DNA from: an uncultured Lewinella sp.
Lineage (GTDB): Bacteria > Bacteroidota > Bacteroidia > Chitinophagales > Saprospiraceae
Assembly: GCA_964594535.1 (NCBI GenBank)
Contig: CAZQNE010000006.1
Span: forward strand, 19,496 to 83,495
Length of the DNA stretch: 64,000 nucleotides
Direction of reading: 5' to 3'
The position numbers and the translations under genes are program-made. Each line of letters starts with the position of its first letter. Position 1 is the stretch's first letter. Of the stretch, positions 8,556 to 19,600 are shown piece by piece. The notes under the pieces are model-generated. The model saw only the letters and a program-made list of their open reading frames with translations, had not been told where the DNA came from and ran no database searches.

Positions 8556-10955
8556 CTACAACCCGATTGAGTTACGTCCGTCTTTCAGGGGTAACTCTTT
8601 TCCTCTCCACACAAAGGTGCCGGTGATGCCGGCGGGCAGCTCGATGGTAGCCCGATTGGTTTCTTCCAGATCGTAGCTCACCGAGATCATACCATCTGGG
8701 TGGGGCATCCGGCCGCTTACCTGGCGACGGTTGCCGAGGTGGGGTTCGATGCGAACGGTGCGGAAGAAGGGGGAAGCGCTATCAATCCCTAAAATCGTGC
8801 GGTATACCTCAATATTCGGGCTGGAGCCCCAGGCGTGGCAGTCGGAGCGGGAGGTGACCGGGTCGGGCTGTTCGGCCCAGGTGGTGAGGCCCAGGGATAG
8901 GTTTTCCCGCCATACGTCCAGCCAACTGAGGTAATCGTCGCCCATTCCGGCCCGCACCAGGGCCCGGTGCACGTAGTAGCGGAAGTAAATGGAGGCGGGG
9001 GTGAGGCTTTCGTCACCCATGATGCGCTGACCCACCGTAGCCAGTTTATCTTCGGGTACCAGTCCGGCAAGAATCGCTAGGCTACTGGCGTGCTGACTGA
9101 ACGTAGCGTGGTCGGCATTATCGGCAAGGAGACTTCGCTCGCCGTTCCAGTATTTTTTGAGGATTGTGTTTCCCAGTTGCTCGGCCCGTTGGCGGTACAG
9201 TTCGGCGAAGGCATTCATTCCGAGTTCTTCCTCCAGAGCTTGGGCACTGCGGTAGGCTAGAAGCAGTTGCAGATCGAGTACGGCCGAGTGCCCCCGCCCG
9301 TCCAGTGGCGGTACGCCCCGGGGCCATTCCTTCACCCAGTCGGTATACGACCAATTGGGGAGGTGCCGCAGCGAGCCATCCGTATCCTGATAGCCGTGGA
9401 AGTAGTTGAGCACCTGCCGCATACCGGCTAGCTTATTCCGCAGAAATTCCCGGTCGGAGCCGTAGCGTAGGTAGTCGTGCAGCATACCGACGTACCAGAG
9501 CGAGAAGGGGCCGATGATTTGCTTCAGGTTGGTGGGGTAGCGGCTCAGGGTGACCCCCTCCGGCTGGCGGGACATGTCCATCAGGTCGAGGGCGTGTTTG
9601 ACTAACTGGTCGTCGCCCGTATTGTACAGGGTCACCAGTGCCTGGATGCGGGTGTCGCCGATGTACTGTAGTTGCTCCCAGTAGGGGCAGTCCATGTACG
9701 TATCCATGGCGCAGAGGCGGGCGGTCCGCCAACCTACTTCGAGCAGGGTATCGACCTGCGGCTCTGGCATCCGCACCTTCGCCCGTAGGTCGAAGGGGTA
9801 GCCTACGGCTACGGCGGAAACGTCCTCCCACGTAAGCGGCTCGTCTCCCGTATCGAGGTCAATCTGTACGTAGCGGTAGGTCCGGTACGAGAGGGGGGTG
9901 AACACTTGGTTCTCGCTGCCGTCGGTGAAAACGGTGTCCTGACGGCCGACGATGACCTTACGCTCGATCTGGTTTCGGTTTCCCTTCGTCCAGAGGTCGT
10001 CCTCATAGAGGGCTTCGGCGTAGGTGATACGTACCCGGGCCCCCGCCCCCCCACTGAAAGTGAAGGTGGGAAAGGCATTGGTCAGGTGCGATTGATCCAA
10101 TAACAGGGTCGCTTCGGTATTCGGGGGGATCACCAGGGGAGCACGACCCTGCAGAAAACCTTCGGGCACCTCCACCCCTTGCATCCTGCGCGCCGCCGCA
10201 AAACGTTCCGCCGTACGCTCCATCTGGGGGACGGGGGAAGGCAGTAAGCGCCAGGGTTCCCGGGCATCCATACCTACCGTTGCTTTCGGTACGCCGCGGC
10301 TGATGGGTGCCGCATTCGACCAGTTGGCATCCTCGAAGTCGGCACCGGACCAGTTCCGGATTCGTCGGGCCATGTCTACCCGGTCGCCCGGGCCGGCGAC
10401 GTAGTATCCCTTCATACCGACCAGTCCGGGCCTGGGGCCGTAGGTACTCACCGGAACGGGGCGGTAGCCGGGGTCGGGGCGGCAGCGCCAACTGGTGTCC
10501 GTACTGACCGGCGCACCCGCGCGCGCGCCCGCCTGAACGATCAATGCCGTAGCGTAGGAGATCTGCGCCATCTTCCGGTGCTCACCGGCATTCCAGACGC
10601 GGACGGCCAGCGTATTGTCCCCCGCTTGCAGGTGGTCGGCCAGGTCGAGGGTATCGTAGTACCAGTGATCGAGGTCACCGTGGGCCGGTCCCCGCCCGGC
10701 AAATTCACCGTTGACAAAGAGTTCGTACTGATTATCCGCGGAAATCAGGATGGGAAAGGTATCCGGAGCCGTAGCTAGCCCAAACTGCTTCCGGAAGAGG
10801 TACACCCCGTAGGCCGTGCGGTCGATGCCGGGTACGGTTACCCATTCGGCGGGCCAGCGTTCGCGCTGCAAGTCCGGAGCGGTGGCCTCCTGGGCGCAGA
10901 CGGAGGCGAGCGTACACAGAGCCGCCAGCAGTAACAGAAAGTTGCGGTACATCAT
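8556..10955 (-). CDS. GH78 alpha-L-rhamnosidase
   Basis: ISADNQYELFVNG, DCPYWEQLQYIGD and SDCHAWGSSP motifs; signal peptide. Confidence 0.9.
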   Translation of the reverse strand: MMYRNFLLLLAALCTLASVCAQEATAPDLQRERWPAEWVTVPGIDRTAYGVYLFRKQFGLATAPDTFPILISADNQYELFVNGEFAGRGPAHGDLDHWYYDTLDLADHLQAGDNTLAVRVWNAGEHRKMAQISYATALIVQAGARAGAPVSTDTSWRCRPDPGYRPVPVSTYGPRPGLVGMKGYYVAGPGDRVDMARRIRNWSGADFEDANWSNAAPISRGVPKATVGMDAREPWRLLPSPVPQMERTAERFAAARRMQGVEVPEGFLQGRAPLVIPPNTEATLLLDQSHLTNAFPTFTFSGGAGARVRITYAEALYEDDLWTKGNRNQIERKVIVGRQDTVFTDGSENQVFTPLSYRTYRYVQIDLDTGDEPLTWEDVSAVAVGYPFDLRAKVRMPEPQVDTLLEVGWRTARLCAMDTYMDCPYWEQLQYIGDTRIQALVTLYNTGDDQLVKHALDLMDMSRQPEGVTLSRYPTNLKQIIGPFSLWYVGMLHDYLRYGSDREFLRNKLAGMRQVLNYFHGYQDTDGSLRHLPNWSYTDWVKEWPRGVPPLDGRGHSAVLDLQLLLAYRSAQALEEELGMNAFAELYRQRAEQLGNTILKKYWNGERSLLADNADHATFSQHASSLAILAGLVPEDKLATVGQRIMGDESLTPASIYFRYYVHRALVRAGMGDDYLSWLDVWRENLSLGLTTWAEQPDPVTSRSDCHAWGSSPNIEVYRTILGIDSASPFFRTVRIEPHLGNRRQVSGRMPHPDGMISVSYDLEETNRATIELPAGITGTFVWRGKELPLKDGRNSIGL

Positions 10956-11122
10956 GTCAGGAAGGTACTAGAGTTGACCAAACTGACGGCGGCGATCGAT
11001 CCGCAGTGGGCGAACGGACGTGAAGAAAACTTAACTCAGACGACGCATTGATTTAGCATGCCAGTGGGATTTTTGGGGTACTACATGGCTATACGTAGCC
11101 ATTTAACTCACAATAATAGTAT

Positions 11123-14100
11123 ATGAAACTCTCCCAGCCGGGGTCAGTCCGGGCCGTGCCCAGCCCCACCTTAGCGTTCCTGCTACTGTGCTACGGGCTG
11201 CCGCTGTGCGCCCAAACTACCCTCTCGGGCACCATTACCGACGACAGTTCCGGAGAACCGCTCGTCGGGGTCAGCGTCCTCGTGGAGGGCAGTTCGTCGG
11301 GCACCATCACCGACCTGGACGGCAGCTACTCCCTTATCGTGCCGGAAGACGGTGAAGCGGTGCGCTACTCCTATATCGGCTACCGCCCGGAGCGCATCGT
11401 CCTGGTCGGGCAGACTACCATCGATCTCGCCCTGGAGCCCGACGCGGCCAACCTCGACGAGGTAATCGTGATCGGCTACGGGCAAACCCGCAAGGAAGAC
11501 CTGACCACGGCCGTAGGCAGCATCGACGGTGCCGCCTTTGCCGACCAGCCGATTACGAGCTTCGACCAGGGACTGGTGGGGCGCATTGCCGGAGTGCAGG
11601 TACTGCAAACCTCGGGGTCGCCGGGGGCGGGGCTCAGCGTCCGGGTGCGGGGCACGGGGTCCATTACGGCCGGCAACGAGCCACTGTACGTAATTGACGG
11701 GGTTCCGGTGAGCAACGACAACGCCCGGGCAACGGGGGAGATCAATACCGGCACCGGCAACTATCCGGAGCAACCCATCAACATCCTCAGTACGATCAAC
11801 CCCGCCGATATCGAGTCGATCCAGGTACTGAAGGACGCCTCGGCGGCGGCCATCTACGGTTCCCGGGGTTCTAACGGGGTGGTCCTCATTACTACCAAGC
11901 GGGGCGGCGCGGGACGGCCCCGCCTGAGCTACAGCGGATACTACGGCCTGCAGGAAACGACCACCCGCTACGATATGCTGAACGCCTACGAGTGGTCCCA
12001 AATCAACTTCGAGGGGCGCAACAATGGGTACCGCGACCGCTTCCCCGCCGGCCGCGACGAAGATACCAACGCGGAACGGGCCGCCAACGTACCGGGGCAG
12101 CCGGCGGTCCTCATCCCCCCCGAAGTGCTGCCCTACGTGGAAGGGCAGGCCGGGCTGACGGATACCGACTGGCAGGACGAGATCTTCCGTACCGCCCCCA
12201 TTCAGAGCCACTCCCTTTCCGTCTCGGGCGGGGGCGAGGGGTTGAGCTACTACGCCTCGGGAGAGTACATGAACCAGGAGGGCCTAGTCATCAACTCCGG
12301 CTTTCGGCGCTACAGCGGTCGCTTCAACCTGAACCTGACCCGCGGCCGGTTGCGGGTAGGGCTGAACCTGAACCCCACCCTGACCGAACACGACCTGGTC
12401 AATTCCGAGGGGCCCTGGTGGGACCACGGCGTCATCGGGCTGGCCCTGCACATCTCCCCCATCTGGCCCGTCTATAACCCCGACGGCAGCTACAACTTCG
12501 GTGGCAACGCCTGGGGGTTCGCCATGACCGACGCGGTCAACCCCGTGGCCCTGGCCAACGAAATCGAGGATGAGCTGGAGCACCTACGGCTACTGGGTAA
12601 CGTATACGCGGAGTACGACCTGCTGGACAACCTCAGCTACCGACTCAGCTTCGGCGCCGACCTGAACCGCTTCGACCGCAATTACTACTGGCCGAGCTTC
12701 GTGGAGCGCCGCGGGCAGTCCGGCCCCCGCACCCCCATCGGGATCGGCCGCAACCGGGCCACCACGAACTGGCTGGTGGAAAACACCCTCAACTACGAGG
12801 CCCGCCTCGGGGGGCGCCATAACCTCTCCGCCGTTGCCGGCTTCACCTCCCAGAAGGAGCGCTTCAGCAGCCAGGAGCTGTTCGCGACCGACTTCGCCAA
12901 CGATTTGGTACCCACCCTGAACGCCGGTCAGGTCACCGGCGGGGGCACCTTCCGGGAAGAGTGGTCGCTGCTCTCCGTGCTCGGACGGGTGCAGTACAAC
13001 TACGACAATAAGTACTACCTCTCCGGGGCCGTGCGGGGCGACGGATCCAGCCGCTTCGGTACTAATAACAAGTGGGGCTTCTTCCCCTCGGCTTCGGCGG
13101 CCTGGCGCATCTCGGGCGAGGACTTCCTGGCCGATAACCGGACGCTCTCCAACCTCAAACTCCGCCTGAGCTACGGCGTGACGGGTAACTTCCAGATTCC
13201 CAACTACGGCTCGGTCGGTCTGCTGGGCTTCACCAACTACGTAGTCGGGGGCAGCAACCTCGCCGTCGGACTGGCCCCGAGTACCCCCTCCAACCCCGAC
13301 CTGAGCTGGGAGCGCACGACCATGGTCGACGTCGGACTGGACGTGGGGCTATTCAACGACGCGGTGTACCTCGAACTGGACTACTACAACGCCGACACCC
13401 GCGACCTGCTACTGAACGTACCCGTACCCATGAGCTCGGGTTTCACCAGTGAGCTACGCAACATCGGGGAAGTCAATAACCGCGGCTTCGAGGCGGCCCT
13501 GACCTACCGGAGCCGCCCGGGGCGGGGGCTGGGCTGGTCGCTATCGGCCAACTTCGCGACCAACACCAACGAGGTGATCAGCCTGGCGGAGGGCGTACCC
13601 CAGATCATCGTCGGCGGGGGCACGGGCTCGGCCCAGTGGATCACCACCCCGGGCGAGCCGATCGGCTCTTACTACAACCCGGTATACGACGGCGTCTTCA
13701 TGAACCAGGCCGAGATCGACGAGAACCCCAGCGTGCCCAACGCCAATCCCGGTGACCTGCGCTGGCTTGATCTGGACGGCGACGGGGTAATCAACTTCGC
13801 CCAGGACCGCCGCATCCAGGGCAACTACCTGCCCGACTACACCTACGGGGCCGTACTGGGCCTCAACTTCTGGGGTATCGACTTCAGCGCCCAGCTACAG
13901 GGGGCCCAGGGGCAGGAAATCCTGCACCTCTTCCGCCGCTACATCTACAATCAGGAAGGGAACATGAACCTGATGCGCGGCGCCCTCCAGCGCTGGCAGT
14001 CGGAGAGCAACCCCGGCGACGGGCAGACCAATCGCGCCAACCGCCTACAGACGGGCTCCAACGGGCAAACGTCCAACTGGCACCTCGAGGACGGCTCCTA

Positions 14101-14338
14101 CACCCGCATCCGCAACCTTACGCTGGGCTACCGGCCACCGGCCACCTTGCTCGACGGACTGGGCATCACCCAGGCGCGGGTGTACCTCAGCGTGCTCAAC
14201 CCCTTCACCTTCACCGACTACCTGGGCTACAACCCCGAGGTGAACGCCCGCCCCGATTCGGCCCTCAACCCCGGGGAAGACTACGCCAGCTATCCGCTGC
14301 CCCGCACCTATTCCTTCGGACTCAACCTCACCTTCTGA
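11123..14338 (+). CDS. SusC/RagA TonB-dependent outer membrane receptor
   Basis: CarboxypepD-like N-terminus; PLYVIDG and KDASAAAIYGSRGSNGVVLITTKRG motifs; C-terminal YPLPRTYSFGLNLTF. Confidence 0.95.
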   Translation: MKLSQPGSVRAVPSPTLAFLLLCYGLPLCAQTTLSGTITDDSSGEPLVGVSVLVEGSSSGTITDLDGSYSLIVPEDGEAVRYSYIGYRPERIVLVGQTTIDLALEPDAANLDEVIVIGYGQTRKEDLTTAVGSIDGAAFADQPITSFDQGLVGRIAGVQVLQTSGSPGAGLSVRVRGTGSITAGNEPLYVIDGVPVSNDNARATGEINTGTGNYPEQPINILSTINPADIESIQVLKDASAAAIYGSRGSNGVVLITTKRGGAGRPRLSYSGYYGLQETTTRYDMLNAYEWSQINFEGRNNGYRDRFPAGRDEDTNAERAANVPGQPAVLIPPEVLPYVEGQAGLTDTDWQDEIFRTAPIQSHSLSVSGGGEGLSYYASGEYMNQEGLVINSGFRRYSGRFNLNLTRGRLRVGLNLNPTLTEHDLVNSEGPWWDHGVIGLALHISPIWPVYNPDGSYNFGGNAWGFAMTDAVNPVALANEIEDELEHLRLLGNVYAEYDLLDNLSYRLSFGADLNRFDRNYYWPSFVERRGQSGPRTPIGIGRNRATTNWLVENTLNYEARLGGRHNLSAVAGFTSQKERFSSQELFATDFANDLVPTLNAGQVTGGGTFREEWSLLSVLGRVQYNYDNKYYLSGAVRGDGSSRFGTNNKWGFFPSASAAWRISGEDFLADNRTLSNLKLRLSYGVTGNFQIPNYGSVGLLGFTNYVVGGSNLAVGLAPSTPSNPDLSWERTTMVDVGLDVGLFNDAVYLELDYYNADTRDLLLNVPVPMSSGFTSELRNIGEVNNRGFEAALTYRSRPGRGLGWSLSANFATNTNEVISLAEGVPQIIVGGGTGSAQWITTPGEPIGSYYNPVYDGVFMNQAEIDENPSVPNANPGDLRWLDLDGDGVINFAQDRRIQGNYLPDYTYGAVLGLNFWGIDFSAQLQGAQGQEILHLFRRYIYNQEGNMNLMRGALQRWQSESNPGDGQTNRANRLQTGSNGQTSNWHLEDGSYTRIRNLTLGYRPPATLLDGLGITQARVYLSVLNPFTFTDYLGYNPEVNARPDSALNPGEDYASYPLPRTYSFGLNLTF

Positions 14339-14342
14339 CGCC

Positions 14343-15725
14343 ATGCGCTACTCCATTCTCCCCCTCTGTCTGCTGCTGCTATCCGGATGTCAGGAAGATT
14401 TCCTGGAGCTGGCCCCCATTTCCTCGCCCAACGTAGCGAACTTTTACCGTACGCCCGGCGACATCGAGAACGGCGTGAATGCCGCCTACGCTACCCTCCA
14501 GTCCGGCGACCTTTACGGGGGGCGTGACCTTTCGGACCTTACCGAGTACCGCGGCGACATCGCCTTCGACAACGACCCCTCGGCCAGCTCGGGCATCCGC
14601 TTCAATGTAGATCGTTTCCTGGCCGGGGCGGCGAATGAAATCATCGAAGACGTCTGGCAGCGGCTCTACCAACTCGTCTACCGCGCCAACGTCGTCCTGG
14701 ACAAGCTGGACGAGGTAGAGGGGCTGGATGCCGAGGCGGCCCGCCGGTACGAGGGGGAACTGCGCTTTCTGCGGGGGTTGGCCTACTTCCACGCCGTGCA
14801 ACTCTGGGGTGCCGTGCCCCTAGTGCTGACGGCTGACGATCCGGAAACCTCCCGTGGCCACGTCCGCAACGACCCGACCGACGTGTACGCCGCCATTGTA
14901 GCGGACCTGGAGTTCGCCGCCGCTAACCTCCCGGCCGATTATCCGGCCGATCAGGTTGGTCGGGCTACCGCCGGGGCGGCGCGGGGCCTGCTCGGAAAGG
15001 TTTACCTGACCCGGGAGAACTGGGCGCAAGCCGCCGCCACCCTGGAAACCGTAGTAGAAAGCGGGAACTACGCGCTGCAGCCGAGTATCGCCGCGGTATT
15101 CGACCCGGCCAACGAGTACAATAGCGAGATCCTTTTTGCGGTCCGGTTTACGGCCGACAACCCGGACGAGAGCCACGGCTACTACTTCAGTTCCGCGATC
15201 GGAGATTTCGTCGAGCCCACTTACCGCGGCAGTTTTCGGGAAGGGGACGAGCGGGCCGGAATGCTGGAGCTGGTCACCCCACCGGGCACGGCCACGCTGG
15301 TGCCGGCCAAGTACTTCGAGCCCCCGGCCAATACCGGCGACGTGGGTACCGACTTTCCCGTCCTGCGCTACGCCGACGTCCTGCTTATGCTGGCCGAGGC
15401 GCTGAACGAACTGGGGTACGAACCGGACGGCGCGGCATTTACCCACCTCAATGCCGTACGCACCCGCGCCGGATTGCCCGCCTACACCGCCACCGACCTG
15501 CCGGATCAGGCCGCCTTTCGCGACGCCGTCCTCCGGGAACGCTGCTGGGAACTCCCCCTGGAAAACCACCGCTGGTACGATCTACTCCGTAGCGGGCGGG
15601 CCATCCCGGCCCTGGCCGAAGTGGGGATCACCATCGGACCTGACGACCTGCTTTTCCCGATCCCCAACTCCCAGGTCCTGATCTACAATAATCCCGGTGA
15701 ATTCGCTCAGAATCCCGGGTATTAG
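14343..15725 (+). CDS. SusD/RagB nutrient-binding lipoprotein
   Basis: Lipobox LSGC; LRYADVLLMLAEA and ER.WEL..E.HRW.DL.R motifs; follows susC. Confidence 0.95.
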   Translation: MRYSILPLCLLLLSGCQEDFLELAPISSPNVANFYRTPGDIENGVNAAYATLQSGDLYGGRDLSDLTEYRGDIAFDNDPSASSGIRFNVDRFLAGAANEIIEDVWQRLYQLVYRANVVLDKLDEVEGLDAEAARRYEGELRFLRGLAYFHAVQLWGAVPLVLTADDPETSRGHVRNDPTDVYAAIVADLEFAAANLPADYPADQVGRATAGAARGLLGKVYLTRENWAQAAATLETVVESGNYALQPSIAAVFDPANEYNSEILFAVRFTADNPDESHGYYFSSAIGDFVEPTYRGSFREGDERAGMLELVTPPGTATLVPAKYFEPPANTGDVGTDFPVLRYADVLLMLAEALNELGYEPDGAAFTHLNAVRTRAGLPAYTATDLPDQAAFRDAVLRERCWELPLENHRWYDLLRSGRAIPALAEVGITIGPDDLLFPIPNSQVLIYNNPGEFAQNPGY

Positions 15726-15747
15726 CCGGCACCTGCGTCCGCGCCCC

Positions 15748-16515
15748 ATGCTACAGTCCATTGTCTCCCCCTTTGGCGTTCTTGCCATTCTGTTGCCGCT
15801 GTTTCTCAACGGTCAGCGAACGGTCTACCCCGCCCCCAATGCTACCCAGGCCGTAGCCGTGGACAGTCACCACTTCTATACCATCAGTAACTCCCGCATC
15901 GTCAAGCGCCGGCGCGACGGGGGGCAAGCGGTCGCCGAGTGGAGCGGCCCCCTGCAGCACCTGAACAGCGGTATCGTCTGGGACGGTCGGCTGTACTGCG
16001 CCAATTCCAACTTCCCCGATCAGCCGATGGCCAGTTCCCTGGAGATTTTCGATACCGAGACGCTGAGGCACGTCGGGAGCCATAGCTTCGGCCACTACCT
16101 CGGTTCCTTCACCTGGATCGACCGGCGGGGGCAGGATTACTACCTGATGTTCGTACACTACAACGAAACCGGCCGCGAGCGCGATCTGGGCGTAGCCTAC
16201 ACCACCCTGGTGCGTACCGACAGCCTCTTCCGGCGAACGGCCGGTTGGACGGTGCCCGATTCCCTGCTCCACCACCTTGCCCCGATGAGCATCTCGGGCG
16301 GGCTGCTGCTCGAAGACGGGCGGCTGCTGTTCAGTCCCCACCACTACGGGGAGCTTTATCTGCTGCGCTTCCCCGAGATGGGTTACGAACTGATCTGGGA
16401 GGCCACCCTTACGGTACCGATGCAGGGCCAGGGTATTGCCCGCGACCCCACCGACCCCCGGGCCATATGGGGGATTGACCGGGCGCGGCGGGAGGTGATC
16501 GTAAACGAGTACTGA
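15748..16515 (+). CDS. secreted hypothetical protein (probable beta-propeller) at the 3' end of the susCD locus
   Basis: Signal-peptide-like start at ATG 15748; ATQAVAVD, HLNSGIV and QGQGIARD repeats; coding-like codon usage. Confidence 0.65.
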   Translation: MLQSIVSPFGVLAILLPLFLNGQRTVYPAPNATQAVAVDSHHFYTISNSRIVKRRRDGGQAVAEWSGPLQHLNSGIVWDGRLYCANSNFPDQPMASSLEIFDTETLRHVGSHSFGHYLGSFTWIDRRGQDYYLMFVHYNETGRERDLGVAYTTLVRTDSLFRRTAGWTVPDSLLHHLAPMSISGGLLLEDGRLLFSPHHYGELYLLRFPEMGYELIWEATLTVPMQGQGIARDPTDPRAIWGIDRARREVIVNEY

Positions 16516-16629
16516 GGGGGCGGGCCTCCGGTAATCGTGAGTTAACGATTACTTGACGAAAGCATAACCCAAGAACGGCCAAAAATAGACCAAATTTTCT
16601 GTGTTTGTGGGCTCAACAAATACCACGGA

Positions 16630-19600
16630 ATGCGTACACTCTACCTGTTTGCCATACTTATATTTTGCGCGGACGCAGGTGCACAGATTTGTCCGGACGA
16701 CCGCCCCACCCCGGTGGGAACCAACGAGCTAGCACTGACGCCACTCAGCACCTACTCGACCGGGGTATTCGACGAGGGGGCGGCCGAAATCGTGGCCTAC
16801 GACACGGTGAGTCAGCGGCTGTTTTTCACCAATGCCGACGATAACACCGTCGTCATTCTCGACATCAGCGACCCGGCTAACCCCGTCGCTATCGACACCA
16901 TCGCCCCGGAGACCGACCAACTGGCGGGGGTGAATAGCGTAGCCGTAGCGAACGGACTGGTGGCCGCGGCCTTTCAGGGGGTCAGCGCCGACAGCCCCGG
17001 GGAGGTACTGTTGGCGAATAACGACGGACTGATCCTAGCCTCTTTTCCAACCGGGCCGCTGCCCGACATGGTGGTCTTTAGCCCCGACGGCAACCTGATC
17101 CTTACCGCGAACGAAGGAGAGCCCGACGATGACTACCTGGTCGACCCCATGGGCTCGGTCACCGTAATCGACATCTCCGGGGGGCTGGAGAACGCAACCG
17201 ACACCACGCTGAACTTCACGGCCTTCAACAACCAGCGGGCCCGGCTGACCCGCGGGGGCGTACGGCTATTCGGGCCCGGCGCGACGGTCGCCCAGGATCT
17301 GGAGCCCGAGTACATCACCGTCGCGGGTGATCGGGCCTACGTAGTGATGCAGGAAAATAACGCTTACGCCATCCTGGATCTGAATCGAATGGAGTTTACG
17401 GACATCATCTCCTTCGGCTACAAAGACCATTCCTGCTCCGCTAATGCATTCGATGCCAGTAATCGGGACGACGGAATCATCATTGCCCCCCGCCCCACGC
17501 TGGGAATGTACCAACCCGACGCCGTGGCCAGCTTCATCCGGGGTGGGGTCACCTACCTGGTCACCGCCAACGAGGGCGACGCACGGGATTACGACGGCTT
17601 CAGCGAAGAAGTCCGGGTCGCCGATCTCGTGCTGGATACCTTCGCCTATCCGAACTACCGCGAACTGCAGGAAGATGATAACCTGGGCCGCCTGCTATCC
17701 ACCACCGCCACCGGTGACGTGGACTGCGACGGGGACATCGACCAGATCTACAGCTACGGCGCCCGCTCCTTTTCCATTTTCGCGGCGGAGACCGGCGAGT
17801 TGGTCTTCGATAGCGGGTCGGACTTCGAGCGCCTACTGGCCGAAGTACTGCCGGAGGACTTCAATAGCAACAACGACGAGAACGACAGCTTCGACAGCCG
17901 CTCCGACGACAAGGGCCCCGAGCCCGAGGCGGTCGAACTGGCCACCGTCAACGGGCGGATGTACGCCCTAATCGGCCTGGAACGCGTCGGCGGCGTGATG
18001 ATCTACGATATCACCGACCCGAGCGCCCCGGCTTTCGTCAGCTACACGAACAACCGCGACTTCGGGGTAGCGGCCACGATCGAAGTCGACGGAGAAGACC
18101 GCACGAACCCCGCCGTCGGCGACCTGGGCGTGGAAGACGTCGTTTTCATTCCCGCCGACCGGAGCCCGACCGGGGTTGATCTGGTAGTGACGGCGAACGA
18201 GGTAAGCGGCACCATCACGCTATTCGGACTGGCCGAGCCTACGCTGACCGTCCGGCTCATTCACAACAACGACGGGGAGAGCAAGATCGTCCCGGACACC
18301 CTGGCCGACGGTACCGTTTTCGGTGGTGCGGCACGCTTCGTGGCCGTCGTGGATAGCCTGCGCGCTACGGACTCCCCCAGTATCGTGCTGAGCAGCGGCG
18401 ACAATTACCTGCCCGGGCCCGCCTTTAACGCCAGCCTGGCCCGCGCCGACGGGCTACCCCTCTACGACAGCGAGGTACTGAATGCCATCGGCTACGACGC
18501 CCTGGTGATCGGCAACCACGACTTTGATTTCGGACCGGACATCCTGGCCCGTGTCATCGAAGAAACCGCGATGAGCATGGCAACTTTCCTGAGTGCCAAC
18601 CTGAATTTTTCCGGAGAACCCGAATTGCAAATGCTGGTCGACGAGGGGCGTATCGCCGCCCGTACGGTCGTAGCCGTCGGCGGGGATAGTATCGGCGTGA
18701 TCGGCCTCACCACCCCGGCCCTGCCAACGGTGTCTTCGCCCCGGGGCGTCACGGTGGATTCCAACCTGACCGCCATCGCCCAGCAACAGGTTGACGAACT
18801 CGTCGCCTCCGGGGTGAACAAGATCATCCTGATCAGCCACCTGCAGAGTATCAACGAAGAACTTGCCCTGGCCCAAACCCTGACCGACGTCGATATCATC
18901 ATTGCCGGTGGCGGCGACGAATTGCTCACCAACGACCCCGGTAACGCAATCGGTGGCCTGGAAGTAGACGGCACCTACCCCATTGACACTATCGATGCCA
19001 GTGGGGATACGGTCTACGTCGTCACCACCCCCGGGGAATACCGCTACGTGGGTAATCTACTGGTGGAGTTTAGCGGCGACGGGGAGGTACTGCGGATCGT
19101 GGACGAATCCGACGTCATTCCCGTAACCGGGTCGACTCCGGTCGACTCCCTAGTTGCTACCATCGAGGACAGCATCCGGGCCTACACCGCCGTCCAGGCC
19201 GCCAATATCGTGGCCCGTACCGAGGTGGACCTGGACGGACTCCGCGCCAGCGTGCGCACCATGGAAACCAACCAGGGCAACCTCATCGCGGATGCCTACC
19301 TCTGGTTCTTCGAACGGGAGCGGGGCGAGTTCGATTTTGACGAGGACCTCCCGGTAATCGCCGTACAGAACGGGGGCGGTATCCGGGACGATGAGGTCAT
19401 TCCCGCCGGTAGCGACATCAGCGAACTGAAGACTTTCGACATCCTGCCCTTTTCCAACTTCGTCAGCGTACTGGAGCCGATCGGCCCCGAAGCCCTCAAA
19501 AGCGCCCTCGAGAACAGCGTTAGCCAGGTTCCCGACCGCGACGGCCGCTTCTTGCAGATTGCCGGATTTAGTATTGAGTACGATACCTCGCGTACGGCCG

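Noticed and set aside
11044-11059. ATTTAGCAT half-site shared between the two susC upstream regions
   Set aside because: Only 9 matching bases in AT-rich DNA, and the other half does not match; too weak to call a shared operator
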